This document shows, in pieces, positions 1 to 14,548 of a stretch of 64,000 bases of DNA (positions are counted from its first letter, which is position 1; every line of letters starts with the position of its first letter). Position numbers and translations under genes: made by a program. A model generated the notes under the pieces. It saw nothing but the letters and a program-made list of their open reading frames with translations. It was not told the origin of the DNA and did no database searches. The stretch is from Octopus sinensis (Eukaryota): assembly GCF_006345805.1 (NCBI RefSeq), contig NC_042997.1, positions 119,102,001 to 119,166,000 of the forward strand. The letters are read 5' to 3'.

Positions 1-2991
1 ACTCCTACGCCTATGTATACAAATATAAGCATGTAAGTACCTTATATCTTGTATTCTATGTATTTATCTATCTATCTAACTATCTTTATATATATACGGA
101 GAAAGGGGTATAATTCAAACATGCGATTTAATGTTCATACTTATAAAGAAATTGAAAAGTAAAGATACGAAAACAATTTTCCGTCAATCTTATTACAGTT
201 TTCTATATATGTCCACTGGAATTTTTAAAAGTAGTTACTACAAACAATGTTAGTACTTCCATCATATTGCTAAATAAGGTAATAAATACAAATTCGAATA
301 TTTGTTGACCCAAAATAATATAGATGATATTTATTTTCTCATTAGTTTATAATTCCCGTGTTGCAAATTTGTGTCGCATGTATTAAAATCATATGTGTAA
401 TAGTAACGAATTATCGATTGTCTGGAGTTTCTGACGCCTTTCCAACTATTACTGAAATCTTTATTCAACTAGGAATCTCAATACAAAATATTATTTATCA
501 GTATTCTTATCATTATTATATTTTTTCTGAGTTGGTTATACTGGTACCTCACGCTGGTGTACTTGCAATATATTCAGTAATTGAGATTGCTCTATTAGTC
601 TAATTGCCAAATGTTTAGTAAATTATCTACAAGACTTGTATAATATTCCTTTCGCTGAGATGTACTTGTGAAATTTGTTAAAGTCTAGATTAAACTATTG
701 ATACATTTATGAGAAAAATTTAATTGCTTGCCAGTATACATTGGTTTTAAGCTCAATGTTATTTTTAGATAAAATTTTAAATTCATGTTAGGTTGTTTGT
801 TATATTTGTTTAATATTTCGAGATAAATTTATGTAATGCGATTGGTGTACATTACTGACAAGATAACCAAATATGTATTCATGCTAAATCGGAGGTGATA
901 TGTCGAGAATAAGTAAGAAAACTAGAATAAAATATCTGTAACGAGAAAAAGAAAAGGTAGAAGTCAATAGTTAGTATTATTTCCATTTAAATAGGAAACA
1001 AGAGAGATAACATTAGAAATAACAGCATTCTACTTATTAAATTAATAATGATTAAGTCATTAAATTAAGGTGCAAGATCATATATTTCTTGACGTTGGTA
1101 ACTGAATTGCTTACATATTCTTGTCCGATTGTCACTGATAGTAAGCTACACTATTGGAGGAATTTGAAAGAATTCATGTATAAAAGGGCATAGATTGAAT
1201 CAATGAGCGAGAGAATTCCACTACAATCAGTAGATTATTTGTGTTTTATTGTGCTGCTATTGAATATTCTCAAAATGGCAACTGATAGATAGTTTTTATT
1301 AACACTATATCTTATATGTAACACTATGTGATTCTTAACTATCATGACAAGCCGATTGACTATCTCAAACTCTATTAAGCTCATATTATCGAGGATGGGG
1401 ATTAGAAATTTCTACAAAGCAGTTTTTATCATTACACATGACACATCAAATACGTAAATAATTATCTAGCACGGTGTTTATTTTCAAAGCTATTCCATGT
1501 CATTACTAACACAATGGAATACAACCTAACATTGCTATTTTCTTACCAGCTAAACAGAATAGCTTTCCCCCGCTACAAATAAAGAATAATGGCCCCTGTT
1601 TTGAATGGGATCATGCCTATTGTGGACCAAATAGCATTCCTATAGGGCTAGAGTTCATATAGAATGTATGGAAAAAAACAAGTTATGTTTCTATTTTTAT
1701 GAAGGAAATAATATATTATTAACACCATTCGGAAAAGAGACCGCATTTCACTCCTAGGCTGTAAATCATGTATACCCATATATATCCTTGTTGCTAACGA
1801 TTATATATGGGAAATTTAATATTTAATTATAGGAAAAGCATGTAGTCTGAAAGATTTCCTATGATTCACGAAGAATTCTGCTCAAAAATAAAATACAAAG
1901 CAACAAGTAGGAACGTGTGCTGATATCTGTTTAATCAGATGGTTTAAATCAAGTCAATAACAATAAAAGAATACAAAGATACACAAGACAATGCTGTACA
2001 ATACTTTATTCAGAAACATAATCTCTAGTAATACGATGTAAATATTGAATATCGGTTAAGTTTCTCAATGGTAGGTTCACCTTACTGTTGTATTCCAAAT
2101 CGTTAATTGTATTTTATGTTACCAAAACCATAAATACCTTGATGTGGCATGAAACCCAATAATGATTAATAAAGGAAAGTCAATAATACATTGTCTAGAA
2201 AGCGGCTAATCTAACAAATGATTTCTACACAACATATGATTAATATTTACGTTAAAGCGTTATGAGCGGTTATCGCACATATTTCAATGTTTACCACGAA
2301 GCAATATTTACCAAATATTACTCTTATTGAAGAAAGCTATTGAAGAAAGAAAAAGAGATCCTTAATTGATCCAGGAGCTGTGAAATGTTAAATAATTATT
2401 TCATGTGAAGATTGAAATATCGACAGCTGTAGCACAATTATCAGTATTCATCTACGTAACAGAAGCTACTTTAAGATCCGTTGGTCGAAAGTTTGCATCC
2501 CAAATGTTTCAAAATATAGTTCAATGTTGGTGTAGTTGTAACAAGAAACACGTATGAAGCGAACCTATAAACTACATGTGGAGACAAACGTGTTTTTGCT
2601 TCATTTATGTTTCCACAAATAGGTTCACTTCATCACTGAACATACTGAGAAATGAATATAAAATAAAATAGAAAAGGAAATAATTATTAAGGCAATTTGG
2701 ATAATTTTCACTGGTTAAATTTGGTCGAAATCATCGAGTCTTTTTTCACAAATAATCAGAAATTGATTCAATTATAAACATAACTAATAGTGCATAACTG
2801 CCATATGCTGGCAAAGAAAATAAAATCACGTGACATATTCCCTTATGGTGATATCATAATGTCTACTAAAGCATCTCACTAAACAAGCACGTATACACAC
2901 CTGTGCTTTATGTGACTAAATATAGATGCCATAATATACGAACATGCCACAATAATTTTGTAGAGTACTAATGATATTGAATATCCATTAT

Positions 2992-4204
2992 TATTAGGTG
3001 TTTCACATGAAATGTTGCATTTTTAATTACTTGTTATTTCAGTAATTTAAAAACTCAATTATGTATACCTTGCATTCTTGACTCTTTTTCTTTCCCAACA
3101 ATATTGGTGTACAAAATTCGTACCCACAGACCTTTTGAAAATGATAACAACCAAACTATGTCGAGTAATTTTCTCGTATGAGTACAAACTGGGTAATTCT
3201 GCCGCAGAACCTCTACGGGATATGAAGCGGGCCTTTGGTAATGGTTTTGTTGACATCAGAACTATTCAGCGATAGTTCCAAAGCTCTCATTCAGGAGATG
3301 ATAGCCTTGAAAATATACCAAGGGGTAGTCCAAAATCAGTCATTCGGCATGATAGATTACATGCTTTGTTTAACAAAATCCGAGAACGAAGGTTCGAAAA
3401 TTTTTCATCAGCAATTCAAACGTTTCACACAATTGTTTTTGGACACCTGTAAAATAGGTTTGTTCCACATCAACTGAATGAGATTTACAAAGACAGACGC
3501 CTCGAAGTGTGCTCCTTATTGTTTTCCCGACTGGAAATGTAACTATTTTTGCATTAAATCATTACTTGATATGAGAAATGGATACTCTTTAGCAACTGCA
3601 GTACAGGACGGCGATTAAATGCAGGAGAGTCACCTAAATACTATCCAAACTCACCATGGCATGCTAAAAGGTTAGTGGTCTATGTATGGTAGTCTGCGAA
3701 ATGAATTATTTATTATTCCTTTTTGCAATAAGAAAAAATGGTAACACCAACATCGTATTACCAGGAAATCGATTGTATGCATGAAAATTTGAAAAAGAAG
3801 CAAACTAGACTAGTGAATAGAGATAGCCCAATTTTCCTCCAGGACAATGCACATCCTCACACTCTCCAAGATACGGCCCAAAAGTTGCAAAGCCTGAATT
3901 ATGAGATTTTGCAACATCCTCCCTATTCCCCTAATATCTTTCCTACTGATTATCAATTATTTAAGCATTTTGAGATTTTCATAAGCAATAAAACAGTCTT
4001 AAATAGAGAAGAGGTAATTGAAGCATTCAGACAGTTTATCGCAGCAAAAGATGAATGGTATTTTTTAAAGATGGAATATATGACATAGAGAAACATTGGG
4101 TAACCATCATAAATGAACATGGATCATACTTTGATTAAATAAAGAATTTCTCTAACACTTCTGAAACTTTTCAAATACGACATTCCATGTGAAATAATCT
4201 AATA
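2992..4204 (+). mobile_element. Decayed mariner (DD34D-type) DNA transposon with terminal inverted repeats
   Basis: Left end TATTAGGTGTTTCACATGAAATGTTGCATTT matches the reverse complement of the right end (CAAATACGACATTCCATGTGAAATAATCTAATA). Broken transposase frames carry a mariner HTH (RVIFSYEYKLGNSAAE...IRTIQR), EKWILF, LQDNAHPH and HPPYSPNIFPTDYQLF. Confidence 0.9.
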
Positions 4205-5178
4205 TATGATGCCTGTTATATTTTTATTGCTTTTTAAGTCCTATGATTGTCGGATAATAATAATAAGAAGGCACCAATACATTTTTTAAGGATGCATTAT
4301 GCGTACCAATAACTCTTCTAGTGATTAAACTAATGTAACTATCGAACCAGCGCAGTGTCATTGTAAAATGCTGTTCATGTTTATTTAGGAATGATTTATA
4401 GCAATGATAGGTATTGGAATTTTATGGAAAACAAGATATTATTTGGCTTCACGGACATTTTTTGAACATCATTTATATTTAGAAAAAATTGTATATGAGA
4501 TTAAAGGCAATCATTTATCACCAGTTTTTCAATGTATCCTTCCCAATAGAACCTGAGTGAGGAATACTACAAAATAGAACTGACGTTACCCACAAGAAAC
4601 GCAATTTTAGTTTTGAATCACAACACAATAGCAGAGTCGAGAAATAAGAATATTTTCATATTGATATTTGCATTTCTTCTGTATTTTGTTTGCATATCCT
4701 CCCATGATTGCAGTATTTGTTATATTGTTAAATTATAGAATAGATGAATACGTGACTATTAAATAAAGTTATATTAAAAGGTGATTTGGGAAGGAGTGTA
4801 TTAGGCTGCTAGTTTTATATCCGCCGAGCGTTGTATGCATTGAGTAGATATACATTAATTGCCTGATTGTGATCGTACAACAGATTCCAAGCTTGCTTAC
4901 AGGAAGTTTCCATCAGCGAGCAGCAACCAACACGACTACGGTAACAAAGTTACTACCTCACTGTTATTAATTAGGATATACCAAATGCCTTTTCCAAAAG
5001 CATTATATGTACATCGTACTTTCCGGATGTGGATGGCAAAGACACTTATCGTTGTGATAATTAAAACGATATTTTTTTAAGATAATATACACATTTCCAA
5101 GTGGGTTATGCATGTATACACTTAGCATATAATATAACATCACGATATTTTAATTTGGTGTTATTTACATTAAGAGCG

Positions 5179-5345
<167 letters not shown>

Positions 5346-5639
5346 TCTACTATTTATGCAGAATCTGACCACCTCTTGTATTTACACCTAAGATATATCA
5401 ATGTTTTAAAAAGACACCCACATAAATTGCATATCTGCAGCTGCAGTTAAGTTCTGGTCTTTGTGGATTTTAAAATGGGGCCTCCTTTAGATATACAGAC
5501 CTTATACCATACATGACATTCAGAGGTATGTACAGATAGATAAGCAGAGTAGTTGGTGGAGGTTCATTTACCATGGGTTCGCAAATGAGATTTGATCCCA
5601 GTAAAAGAAAAGCCAAATTGTGCACACAGAAAGGTAAGA

Positions 5640-7700
5640 GGTATTCATTTTCTCGTTGGTCGTAGCATTTTTCTTTAAATTTCTTTTGAGTTCTGCAGGA
5701 TTTGGTTCATTTTATTTACTTCAAAATTTTTCACTCAACTCCACACTTTTGTTCGCCATCATGTTCGATCTGAAGCAAACGTTCCTGTGACCTTCAGATC
5801 CATTCCAATTGACTTCATGTGAGCCCTTCTAGAATCCTTAACGTGTCCTTAGTGCAAGTTCGCCATAAAACAACTGTTTGTGTGTGCGTTCATCCGCCAT
5901 TCGAGCAATGTGGCCTGTCGATCTCATTTGATTTTTCAAGATCATTGATTTAATTAAACTGATACCTGCAGATGCAAAAACATTTTTGTCTGGAGTAAAA
6001 ACAGTTATATTTAATGTTTAAAATACTGCGAAGATATTTTCAGAGGAACCTTTCTATTGATTTGAGATGTATTTCGCAACAGGCCTATATATTAGAGGAA
6101 CACATGAGGGATGGTAAGATAAAAGATTTGTAAAGAGCCAATTCTCTGTTGTTATCTATATGTTGCTGGAACCAAACTCTTGACCCTAAATCACCAAATG
6201 CTTACGTAGCCCTTTGAATTCGCAACTGAATTTCTGTGTCCAGATTTCAATCATTTTGTAAGAGCTTCCAAGGCAGATGAAAGAGCCACAACCTCAAATA
6301 ATTTACAGTTGAAAATTCCTTGGGGTTACAAGTAGCACCACATTACAACTGTCTTTTTCAGGTTGATGGACAAACCAAAATCATCACATGCTAAGTCAGA
6401 TGTTGATACAAGAGATTGAACTCCTGTTTCAGAGTGACTGACGAGATCGCAATCGGCAGCGTATTATAATGACTGAAGAAAAAGAAAACCTTCCTTTTGA
6501 ATTTCAGTGTGGGCAAGTTAAAATCATTCCTTATTGTTTGATATTTTATGTAAAAAGAAACCTGTTCGGAGTGCTGAAAACCGTGTGACAGTACAATAGC
6601 AAAGTATATTGCAAAGGGGGCGTGTGCATCAAGGTATCCTTGCTTTACTCTGTTTTCCACCGTAAAAGATTCAGAGAACCTACCAACAAAATTTACTCTA
6701 GCTTTCATATATTGATGCAAAGCCCTGATCATGCTCACAATTATCTCTGGGCGCCCTATTTTCATGAGAATTAGCCACAGAGCATTTCAATTTTATAATA
6801 TCAAATGCCTTGCTCAAATCAACAAAGCAAAGGTATAACGCATGATTCTGTTCAATGCACTTTTTCTGCAATCGTCTGATAGTAAAGATACAATCAACCG
6901 TGCCTCTAGAGAAGCAAAATCCATTTTGAGCTTCAGATACTTTATTTGGAACCTTGTAGGAATTTAAATGTTCTAAAAGAATACGGGCAATTACCTTTCA
7001 AACGACAGACACAACCGAAATACCGCAAAAATTACCACACAGATCCTTCGATCTTAATTTATACTAAGAGACTAAAATGGCATCAATCAAGTCTTGAGGC
7101 ACTTCTTCTGTTCTCCAGAAGTGTCAGCTTAATATATTTAGGAGTTCAAGCATCATTTTATCACCCCCATATTTCAAGACCTCTTTATAGATTCCATCAG
7201 ACCCTGAAGACAATGTAATTCAGCATATTCACAACCAAGTAAATGTCATTTAGAAATGGTTCACATGCCATCTCCTCTATAACTGGAAGATGTTTTTTTT
7301 TCTATCATCCCTATTTCAATGGCTGATAGTCTATTCAAAAGTTTAGGAAAATTTCTATTCAGCTCTTAGGAATAGAGGCGATGTTAGTCAAAATCAAAAG
7401 TTCATTTGCTGTTCTGGTGCTATTAATGCTTTTGGGCGATATGGCTCCTTAACATAAGAGTACAAACCCTTGGCATAATTTCTATCAGCTACCTCTTCCG
7501 CCCACTATGCCCTGATATTCCACCATTCCTATTTCATTTTCCTTAGAGCAGTCTGCACTTTCCCTTTCAGCTTTCGGCAAGGTTCGTTTGAGTTGGGGTT
7601 CAAGGGCTGAAAAAGAAGAGTGCTGCGTCGATTTTGTTTTTCAAATAGGAGATCATGACTTTTCTGATGATTGTGCAGCAAATCAATCACTAGACTCACG
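5640..7700 (-). mobile_element. Degenerate RTE-clade LINE, reverse-transcriptase region and C-terminus
   Basis: Minus-strand translation gives KARVNFVGRFSESFTVENRVKQGYLDAHAPFAIYF (RTE GVKQGCVLAPTLF-like), a CFVDLSKAFD-type motif near 6800-6830, and C-terminal GHIARMADERTHKQLFYGEL. There are many stops and frameshifts. Confidence 0.8.
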
Positions 7701-7756
7701 CGATTTGACCCTACTGAAGAATTTTCAGTGAGATTTCATATATACATACGTACAGA

Positions 7757-7797
7757 CATAGATAAATAGATAGATAGATAGATAGATATATAGATAT

Positions 7798-7873
<76 letters not shown>

Positions 7874-7955
7874 ATAGATTGATAGATAGATACATACATA
7901 CATACATACATACATACATACATACATACATACATACATACATACATACATACAG
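7757..7955. repeat. (GATA)n + (CATA)n compound microsatellite
   Basis: Directly visible; it explains the ORFs at 7711-8040. Confidence 0.95.
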
Positions 7956-8984
7956 GCATAGATACATAGCAATGAGAAACAGAGAAAGAGGGAGATGGTT
8001 TTGTTGTATGGTTAGAAAGCTTCAATTTAACCAATTTCAATGTACTTTAGGCTTCTAATACACATTTTGCTATACATAAATCTTACCTAATAATATAACA
8101 ATCTTATCGTACGTATTGTGTGGACAACAAACGATGTAATATGCCAGGAAAATCTCTCGTATATTATAAGACGGTATTTCAGATGTACATATACATTTCT
8201 GTAGTGTCGAAGAAGTTTTAAAGTTTTAGTGTAACGCTCTTTGTAATATGATTTTTTGCGTATGTATGCATGTACACAATCACACAAACGCACACACACA
8301 TACACACACAGCTCATATATGAACACACATGCACACACCACACACATATACTCACACAGGCACACATACACATGCACACACATATGAATTCTTAAATTGT
8401 GAGAGATGTGTTTATGTTTGGATATATTTTTGTATAAGTAGCAGCTTTACTTTGATATGTATATATTAACAACACGGCAATTTCAAATTTTATAGAATTG
8501 TTTTCCTGTCGAGTAGTTTTATTCTATCTAAATTTAACGATGCACAATTTACATTCTGCCCTGGTGATGTTATCTGTTCTTGGTATATTTCCATGAAACG
8601 TTGTGACTTACAGCAGACAGCCGAAAAACACTTTTCGGTTGTCATCAATTTGACATAAATATATAGAAAACCTTCGAGCAATGTAGCCTCTGTAAGATGA
8701 TGTCAATAAATAAAAACAAAAACTTAAAGATGTGTTGAAACTCACTCAAGAGTAGATAGTGAACTTCAGACTTGAAAAAGAAGTGGAAGAAGAAATAGTG
8801 CAAGAAGGAAAGAGGAGTGATTGGTGGAACGTGGAGAATCAGATAAAGTTGAGCGCGAGATGAAGAGAACAAATTAGTTTGCGAAAGGATTCGAAGGGTA
8901 TGAGGAGGTTTAGGACTATAAAAAGGCATAGGAAACGTGAGCAGTTGTCTTAGAGCAAGTTGCAGCGCAGCAAACGTCGGAGAC

Positions 8985-9120
8985 ATCAACCCAAGCCTTT
9001 CATCCTTTCGATTGAATAAGTACAAGTTACGCACGAGGATCGATGTAATTGACTTAATCCTTTTCTCCTTGTTTGCTTCCTCTCTGTTTAGCCTCTAGTA
9101 GGTGATAGAGAAATAAAAGA
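8985..9120 (+). mobile_element. 5'-truncated SINE fragment, same family as 37405-37637
   Basis: GCCTTTCATCCTTTCG...AAGTAC-AGTTACGCAC...GATGTAATTGACTTAATCC matches the body of the SINE at 37405-37637 (reverse complement). Confidence 0.7.
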
Positions 9121-9346
9121 AATAAATAATATTCCTGAAACAGCTGTAGGGAAGTTCAACGCATTTTTTTTAAACACCACACCTGGAATCTTCCCTACGT
9201 TGTATTTGCAATTCACAGTGGATCGTGAAACTGCTTCCCGGCATGCATTTGTGTATTTTTCATACACATGTATACTTATATAAATGTGGTTCTTGATTTG
9301 CGCATGTGCATGTATAGGTACTGTTAGGACATGTCCGTATATATAT

Positions 9347-9381
<35 letters not shown>

Positions 9382-9482
9382 TGTTGTATACGTCGGTGCC
9401 AGTATGCGCTATTCACACTAATGTTGAACCTGATTTAGTGTACCTATTATTAAATTACCCTCACTCCATTGAAACCTACAAA

Positions 9483-10717
9483 CAGGGGTTGGACAAAAAT
9501 ATACAAACACCTAATAATTTTGAAATATCTATAAAACCGTCAAAAGCTTGTTTCTTTTTATGTTATTTGATTTATATTCGTTTTGCTTAATATAGTTTGC
9601 TAAAATTGCTGTTTCTTTTCAAATATCATCAGAAAAAGGTAATTGAACTTCATTAAAATGACAGATCTATCGAAAATTCGAAGAGGTTAAATTTTTGGTG
9701 CTCGTATGGCAGGTGCTAGCGTAACGAAAACAGCCGAAATGTTTGGTATATCAAGTGGTACTGTCTTGAAAGTAATGACAGCCTTTGAGAAAAGAGCAAA
9801 ACCTCCTCGTCGAAACAAAACTCCGGAAGAAAACAAAATCTTTCAGATAGGGACCGTCGGACTCTTACGCGAATTGTTAGAAAGGATCACAAATGTACAG
9901 CTCCTAAAATTACTGCAGGGCTCAATCACCACCTCACAACCTAGTTTCCACAAAAAACTCTTCGGTGGGAGCTGCACAAAGCTGGATTTTACAGGAGGGT
10001 TGCAAGCAGAAAATCACTACTTTCAAGAACAAACGTTGCAAAGCGTTTGGAGAGGAGTAAAAACCTATAGAATTGGTCACTAGAGCAGTGGAAGAATGTT
10101 ATTTTCTCGGACGAGTCATCCGTTACCTTATTTCCGACCACAGGCCTAGTATACATGTGGGGATAGCCAAAATAAGCATTTGACCCAGACTGCCGTCTTC
10201 CAACTGTTCATTATGGAGGGGATCTGTGATAATCTGGGAGGGTGGGGGGTTCTATATCTTGGACATTCGCCGGCTCTATGGTTTCCCTTCATGGCAGAAT
10301 TAATAGTCAAGGCTATTTAAGCATTTTGTCTAATCAAATTCATTCGGTTGTTGCGGAACTATTTCCGGAGGGAAACGCAATCTTTCAGGATGATAATGCA
10401 CCAATTCACACAGTTAAAGTTGTTACTGAATGGCACGAGAAACATTCTAATGACGTTGAGCATCTAATCTGGCCAGCACAGTCCCCAGATGTCAATATTA
10501 TTGAATATTTATGGTGCATTTTAGAAAAACAAGGAGTCGGCATTCTCCACAATCATCACTACAAGAACTGGAGACAGTTTTAGCTGAAGAATGGACAAAA
10601 ATTCCTTTGGAAACAATTCAAACTTTGTACGAGTCCATACCTCGTAGAATTCAAGCTGCAATTACTGCCAAAGGCGATCCTACTTTCAGGTGTTTCCATT
10701 ATTTTGTCCAACCACTG
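9483..10717 (+). mobile_element. Decayed Tc1-like (DD34E) DNA transposon
   Basis: TIRs CAGGGGTTGGACAAAAATATACAAACACC / GGTGTTTCCATTATTTTGTCCAACCACTG, followed by TA. Frameshifted transposase motifs WKNVIFSDES, FQDDNAPIHT, WPAQSPDVNIIEYLW and LYESIPRRIQAAITAKG. Confidence 0.92.
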
Positions 10718-11046
10718 TATATATATATATGTATATGTATATGTATGTATCTATCTATCTATCTATGTATCTTTGTACGTATTGCAAATTTTCAAAATTT
10801 TTAACAGAAGCACAAAAAGAAAAGGAACGAATAAAATATACATTCTTCTTGTCGGTTATCGTCTCAAAACTCATTGTAATTTCACGCCTTTACCGATAAT
10901 ATTGATCAATTTGGGTGGCATCAACAGCAAAAACTTGTTGGCAATAGTGAACGAACATGGAGGTCAGTGACGAAACAAACACGACACAGTGGGTAAGCTG
11001 CCGTACATTGCTGAGTCATGGTACGACGTATTGTTAAACACTGCAT

Positions 11047-11087
<41 letters not shown>

Positions 11088-11926
11088 GGAGGGAGAGAGA
11101 GAGAAACAGTAATTAGTAATATGATTAATTTCAATAAACGTATTTTATTGCTAAGGACTCCTTGTTAAGATCAAGATGACCATATACCGTTTAGGTATAC
11201 ATGCATATGTCAATGCGTATACTGATATATTCTAATATGTACATGCGCATGAACAAATTCATACACTTTTCTATATAAATATACATATATAAGAAAATAC
11301 GTATATATGCCTGCCGTGATGCAGGCTCACGATCCACTGTCAACTCCTGATCCAATTCAGCTAAGGTTCTACTATAAAGTAAGAACGCAAATCGTTTGAA
11401 CTTCACTACAGCTGTTTCAGATGCGTTTTAATTTTTTTTTAGTGAAAGAAATGATAATGTTATGGGAAAAAAACAGAATTTAAGATTCTACATTTCGTTC
11501 AGAAAAAATTCCAAGATATGGAATATTTGTTGACCATCGCATTTTGAAAAGTAGTAAAGGAGTGAAGCTGTACGAAATGTAGCCAACATCATGTGGTTAA
11601 GTGTCATGAATCGGTCAACAGACTAAGCCACACAAATTCTTTGTATTATATACATGGTGAGAGATAAAGTTTAATGGGAAGATTGAGAGAAGAAAAAAAA
11701 AGAATACGGGTGAGTTGCGACACTATCATTGTAGAAGAGAAAGTGTAAAATCATGGACTTTAAAATCATTGACGTCAAACAGCTAGATCGGAGACAATAA
11801 CAACAGCATCATATCCGGAAGGAAATATTAGCATTTATATATACAATTCAAACACACATACGTACACACGTACATACACGCACATAAGCTAAAGCAAATA
11901 TTTCTATGTATACATACATACATACA

Positions 11927-11958
<32 letters not shown>

Positions 11959-11995
11959 CATACATCTCTCTCTGTCCGTCTGTCTGTCTGCCTCC

Positions 11996-12054
<59 letters not shown>

Positions 12055-12139
12055 CGAATATTAGCTTTAGTTTATGTGAATCATGGTATGTATATGTGCG
12101 TATATGTGTGTGTATATATTTACATATATTTCATTTGAT

Positions 12140-12422
12140 CTAGTTTCAGCTCATGAGTTGTGTTCATGCTGGGGCACCGCCATTTGTTGTTGCTACATAA
12201 TTTTACTTCACTAATTCTTTATAGAAATTTACGTTTGGTGCATGGGGGGGAGTTTGATGCCGGTGCCCTCATCTGCGCTGAGTCCTGCGAAGTTGGTTAT
12301 GTGTGACGCTGTAGAGTAAGAGGTGTAGTTTCGTTTTGAAGACACCTACATTCACCCTATGTAGATCTCTCATATCCTTCGGGAGAATATTGAATATCTG
12401 TGGGCCTTTAAAGCCTAGGCTG
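12140..12422 (-). mobile_element. 3' end remnant of CR1/L2-type LINE
   Basis: Minus strand reads SLGFKGPQIFNILPKDMRDLHRVNVGVFKTKL, then a 3' tail GGCGGTGCCCCAGCATG...TGAAAC. It resembles 19935-20830. Confidence 0.6.
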
Positions 12423-12424
12423 CT

Positions 12425-13118
12425 TTATTTTTATCATTCTCGGTAATGTTTTGGGGACACGACAAGCCAACGTTTGTTCTGTGTGTTTACTATCTGATGC
12501 TGAGACAAATTTTACTCGTCCGAGAAATACCAAAGCATGTTTGGTAGTAAGGTATGCTTGAGTTTGTTCCAAAGCTTCGTAGTGCAGTCTTTCCTCTTCT
12601 CCTTAATAGCCTGTGATAAATAATGGTCCTTTCGCAACTTGTTTGAGGAATACCGAATGTCTCCATGCATTATCTGCCAGATAAGAGACTCAGACACTCC
12701 CATGTCCCTAGTGATGGACCTAAGTTACTTGGAGAGATCGTTGTCAATCATGGCTTGGATCTCACAAACAAATTCAAGCGTACTTATCAGATTAATTGGA
12801 ATGAGTTTTCCGAGATGCCATACCTTATTAACCACTATTAGACTTATCTAACGCTTTCTAAATCCTCTGCACTATCCTCAGATTGACAACAAAACACTCT
12901 GAAATGCTCTTGTTGGAGCTTTCGGCACGAATGCCAAGCGGTGCATCATATCGCTTCCAAATTTCTAGCAGACTGAGTTGCATCACGGTGTTGTTGTTCT
13001 CACACACGGTTCCCAACTGACCCTACTATTCAGCGTAGTCGACAAAATCAAAAACCAACCATGCGCATGCGTGAAATTAAAAATATAACATGGCAATAAT
13101 TTACACATCGCATCCTGT
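12425..13118 (-). mobile_element. Truncated Tc1/mariner-superfamily transposon (maT/DD37D-like), 5' half only
   Basis: Minus-strand peptide MGVSESLIWQIMHGDIRYSS...LWYFSDE, then (past a stop) NTQNKRWL, resembling FSDEKxF...NxQNxR. The end CAGGATGCGATGTGTAAATTATTGCC abuts a TA run. The 3' half is missing. Confidence 0.65.
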
Positions 13119-13455
13119 ATATATATATACATACATAGATTCACATACACACATACATACACACACACGCACCCCCCCACATATATATATACAACCACAA
13201 ATACAAACACACATATATACTAAGAAACATTTACATACATAAATCTACACTCATGGGCAAAATATCCATATATATCAAATTGAATACACAACCGAAACAG
13301 CTACCAATAATTTCATATTACTTGAACAGACATATTTATAAAATTCGCTCATGATCTTAAAGCAATCATTCAGGCTCTGTCTCTGTGTGCGTGTGACTGT
13401 GAAATTTATGACGTGCAATACTTTACAGATTAAGATTTCATAATTTTTTCAGCGC

Positions 13456-14090
13456 ATTGCTACATATGTTTCGTCATGACATGTATTTTTATGGGAAAAC
13501 CTCACCATACTCATAAGATATCATTAAATATTATTTATAATATCCAGGGATCCTATACAACTCCTATTAATTCGAAATGCATACTTCTTCAGGCAATCTT
13601 TGCATTAGTTTTCACCAAATTACTTTGTTGTTTAAGCTTCAGGATATTAATCATTTTACAGCAATCAAAAATTCCTGTTGGACAAATGGCCTGTGCTTGT
13701 AAATCCTTAAAAATTACTAGATTGATGGATGTATTGATAGAGGCATGAACTTTGAGAGGGCTTGTTTTGCATATCAATGCAAGTGGGCATGGAAGGTGAG
13801 AAAGAGGACGAAAAAGACTGAAAGAAGCGGAAGGAGATAAAATTGTGAGTTATATTCAGTTAACTGAGAGCATACAGGACGACAAGAAAAATAATAGAAT
13901 GAAAGAACTGAGTATTGCAGAGTTGAGAGAAAGAAACGGAAAAAGAGAAGAGTGAGTGTTTTAAGGATGAGATTTAGTTGACATGGGAATGTCATTCTTC
14001 ATCACCACCCGTGTGTCGATAATGAATAGACAACCTTTATAAATAAAATGGTTAATAAAAACTTTTTATCATTATCATTTTCCAGTTAAT
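13456..14090 (-). repeat. ~630-bp repeat, inverted copy of 16295-16945, with a hammerhead remnant at its outer end (probable Penelope-like terminal repeat)
   Basis: Long colinear matches to the reverse complement of 16295-16945, e.g. CATAAGATATCATTAAATATTATTTATA, GCTTGTAAATCCTTAAAAA and GATAGAGGCATGAACTTTG. Confidence 0.8.
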
Positions 14091-14298
14091 CATTTGGTAG
14101 AAACCGAATTATTTTATTCAATAGGTTTTGTGTTCGAAGGTATTTCACTTGGCTCCCGCTGTGCTGCCAATCTAGGCTTCTTAAAGTGGGAAGATCTTTG
14201 TACTCATAGTTCTATTAAACCCTCTGTTTAATAATGACTGCATTTTCACCAGTTTGTTATACTTCGGGCCTTTTTGCTCATGTATATTTCATTGCTGT

Positions 14299-14548
14299 GG
14301 AGGCAAGTGGCTTAGTGGTTAGTGTGTGAGCATCATGATCGTAAGATAGTGGTTTTCGACTCCTGAACCGGGCGTCGCGTTGTGTTCTTGAGTAAAACAC
14401 TTCATTTCACGTTGCTCCAGTCCACTCACCTGGCAAAAATGAGTAACGCTGCGATGGACCGGCGTCCCGTCCAGCTGGAGAACACGTACTCCATTGAAAC
14501 CGGGAAACCGTGCCCATGAGCCTGGCTAGGATTTAAAAGGGCGCAAAA
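14299..14548 (+). mobile_element. tRNA-derived SINE (family A; CORE-like centre)
   Basis: Pol III A box TGGCTTAGTGG and B-box-like TTCGACTCC, CORE-like GTGTTCTTGAGTAAAACACTT, and CTGCGATGGACCGGCGTCCCGTCCAG. Same family as 15775-15985 and 52875-53125. Confidence 0.85.

Noticed and set aside
240-2980. Repeat-poor AT-rich stretch that might hide a host gene or pseudogene
   Set aside because: The frames I translated are stop-rich and show no recognisable domain. The 81-aa ORF at 358-603 has no support.
8640-8960. GA-rich stretch possibly a decayed Penelope linker/GIY-YIG on the minus strand (similarly 23880-24300 and 56340-56780)
   Set aside because: Motif similarity is too weak to call without a profile search.
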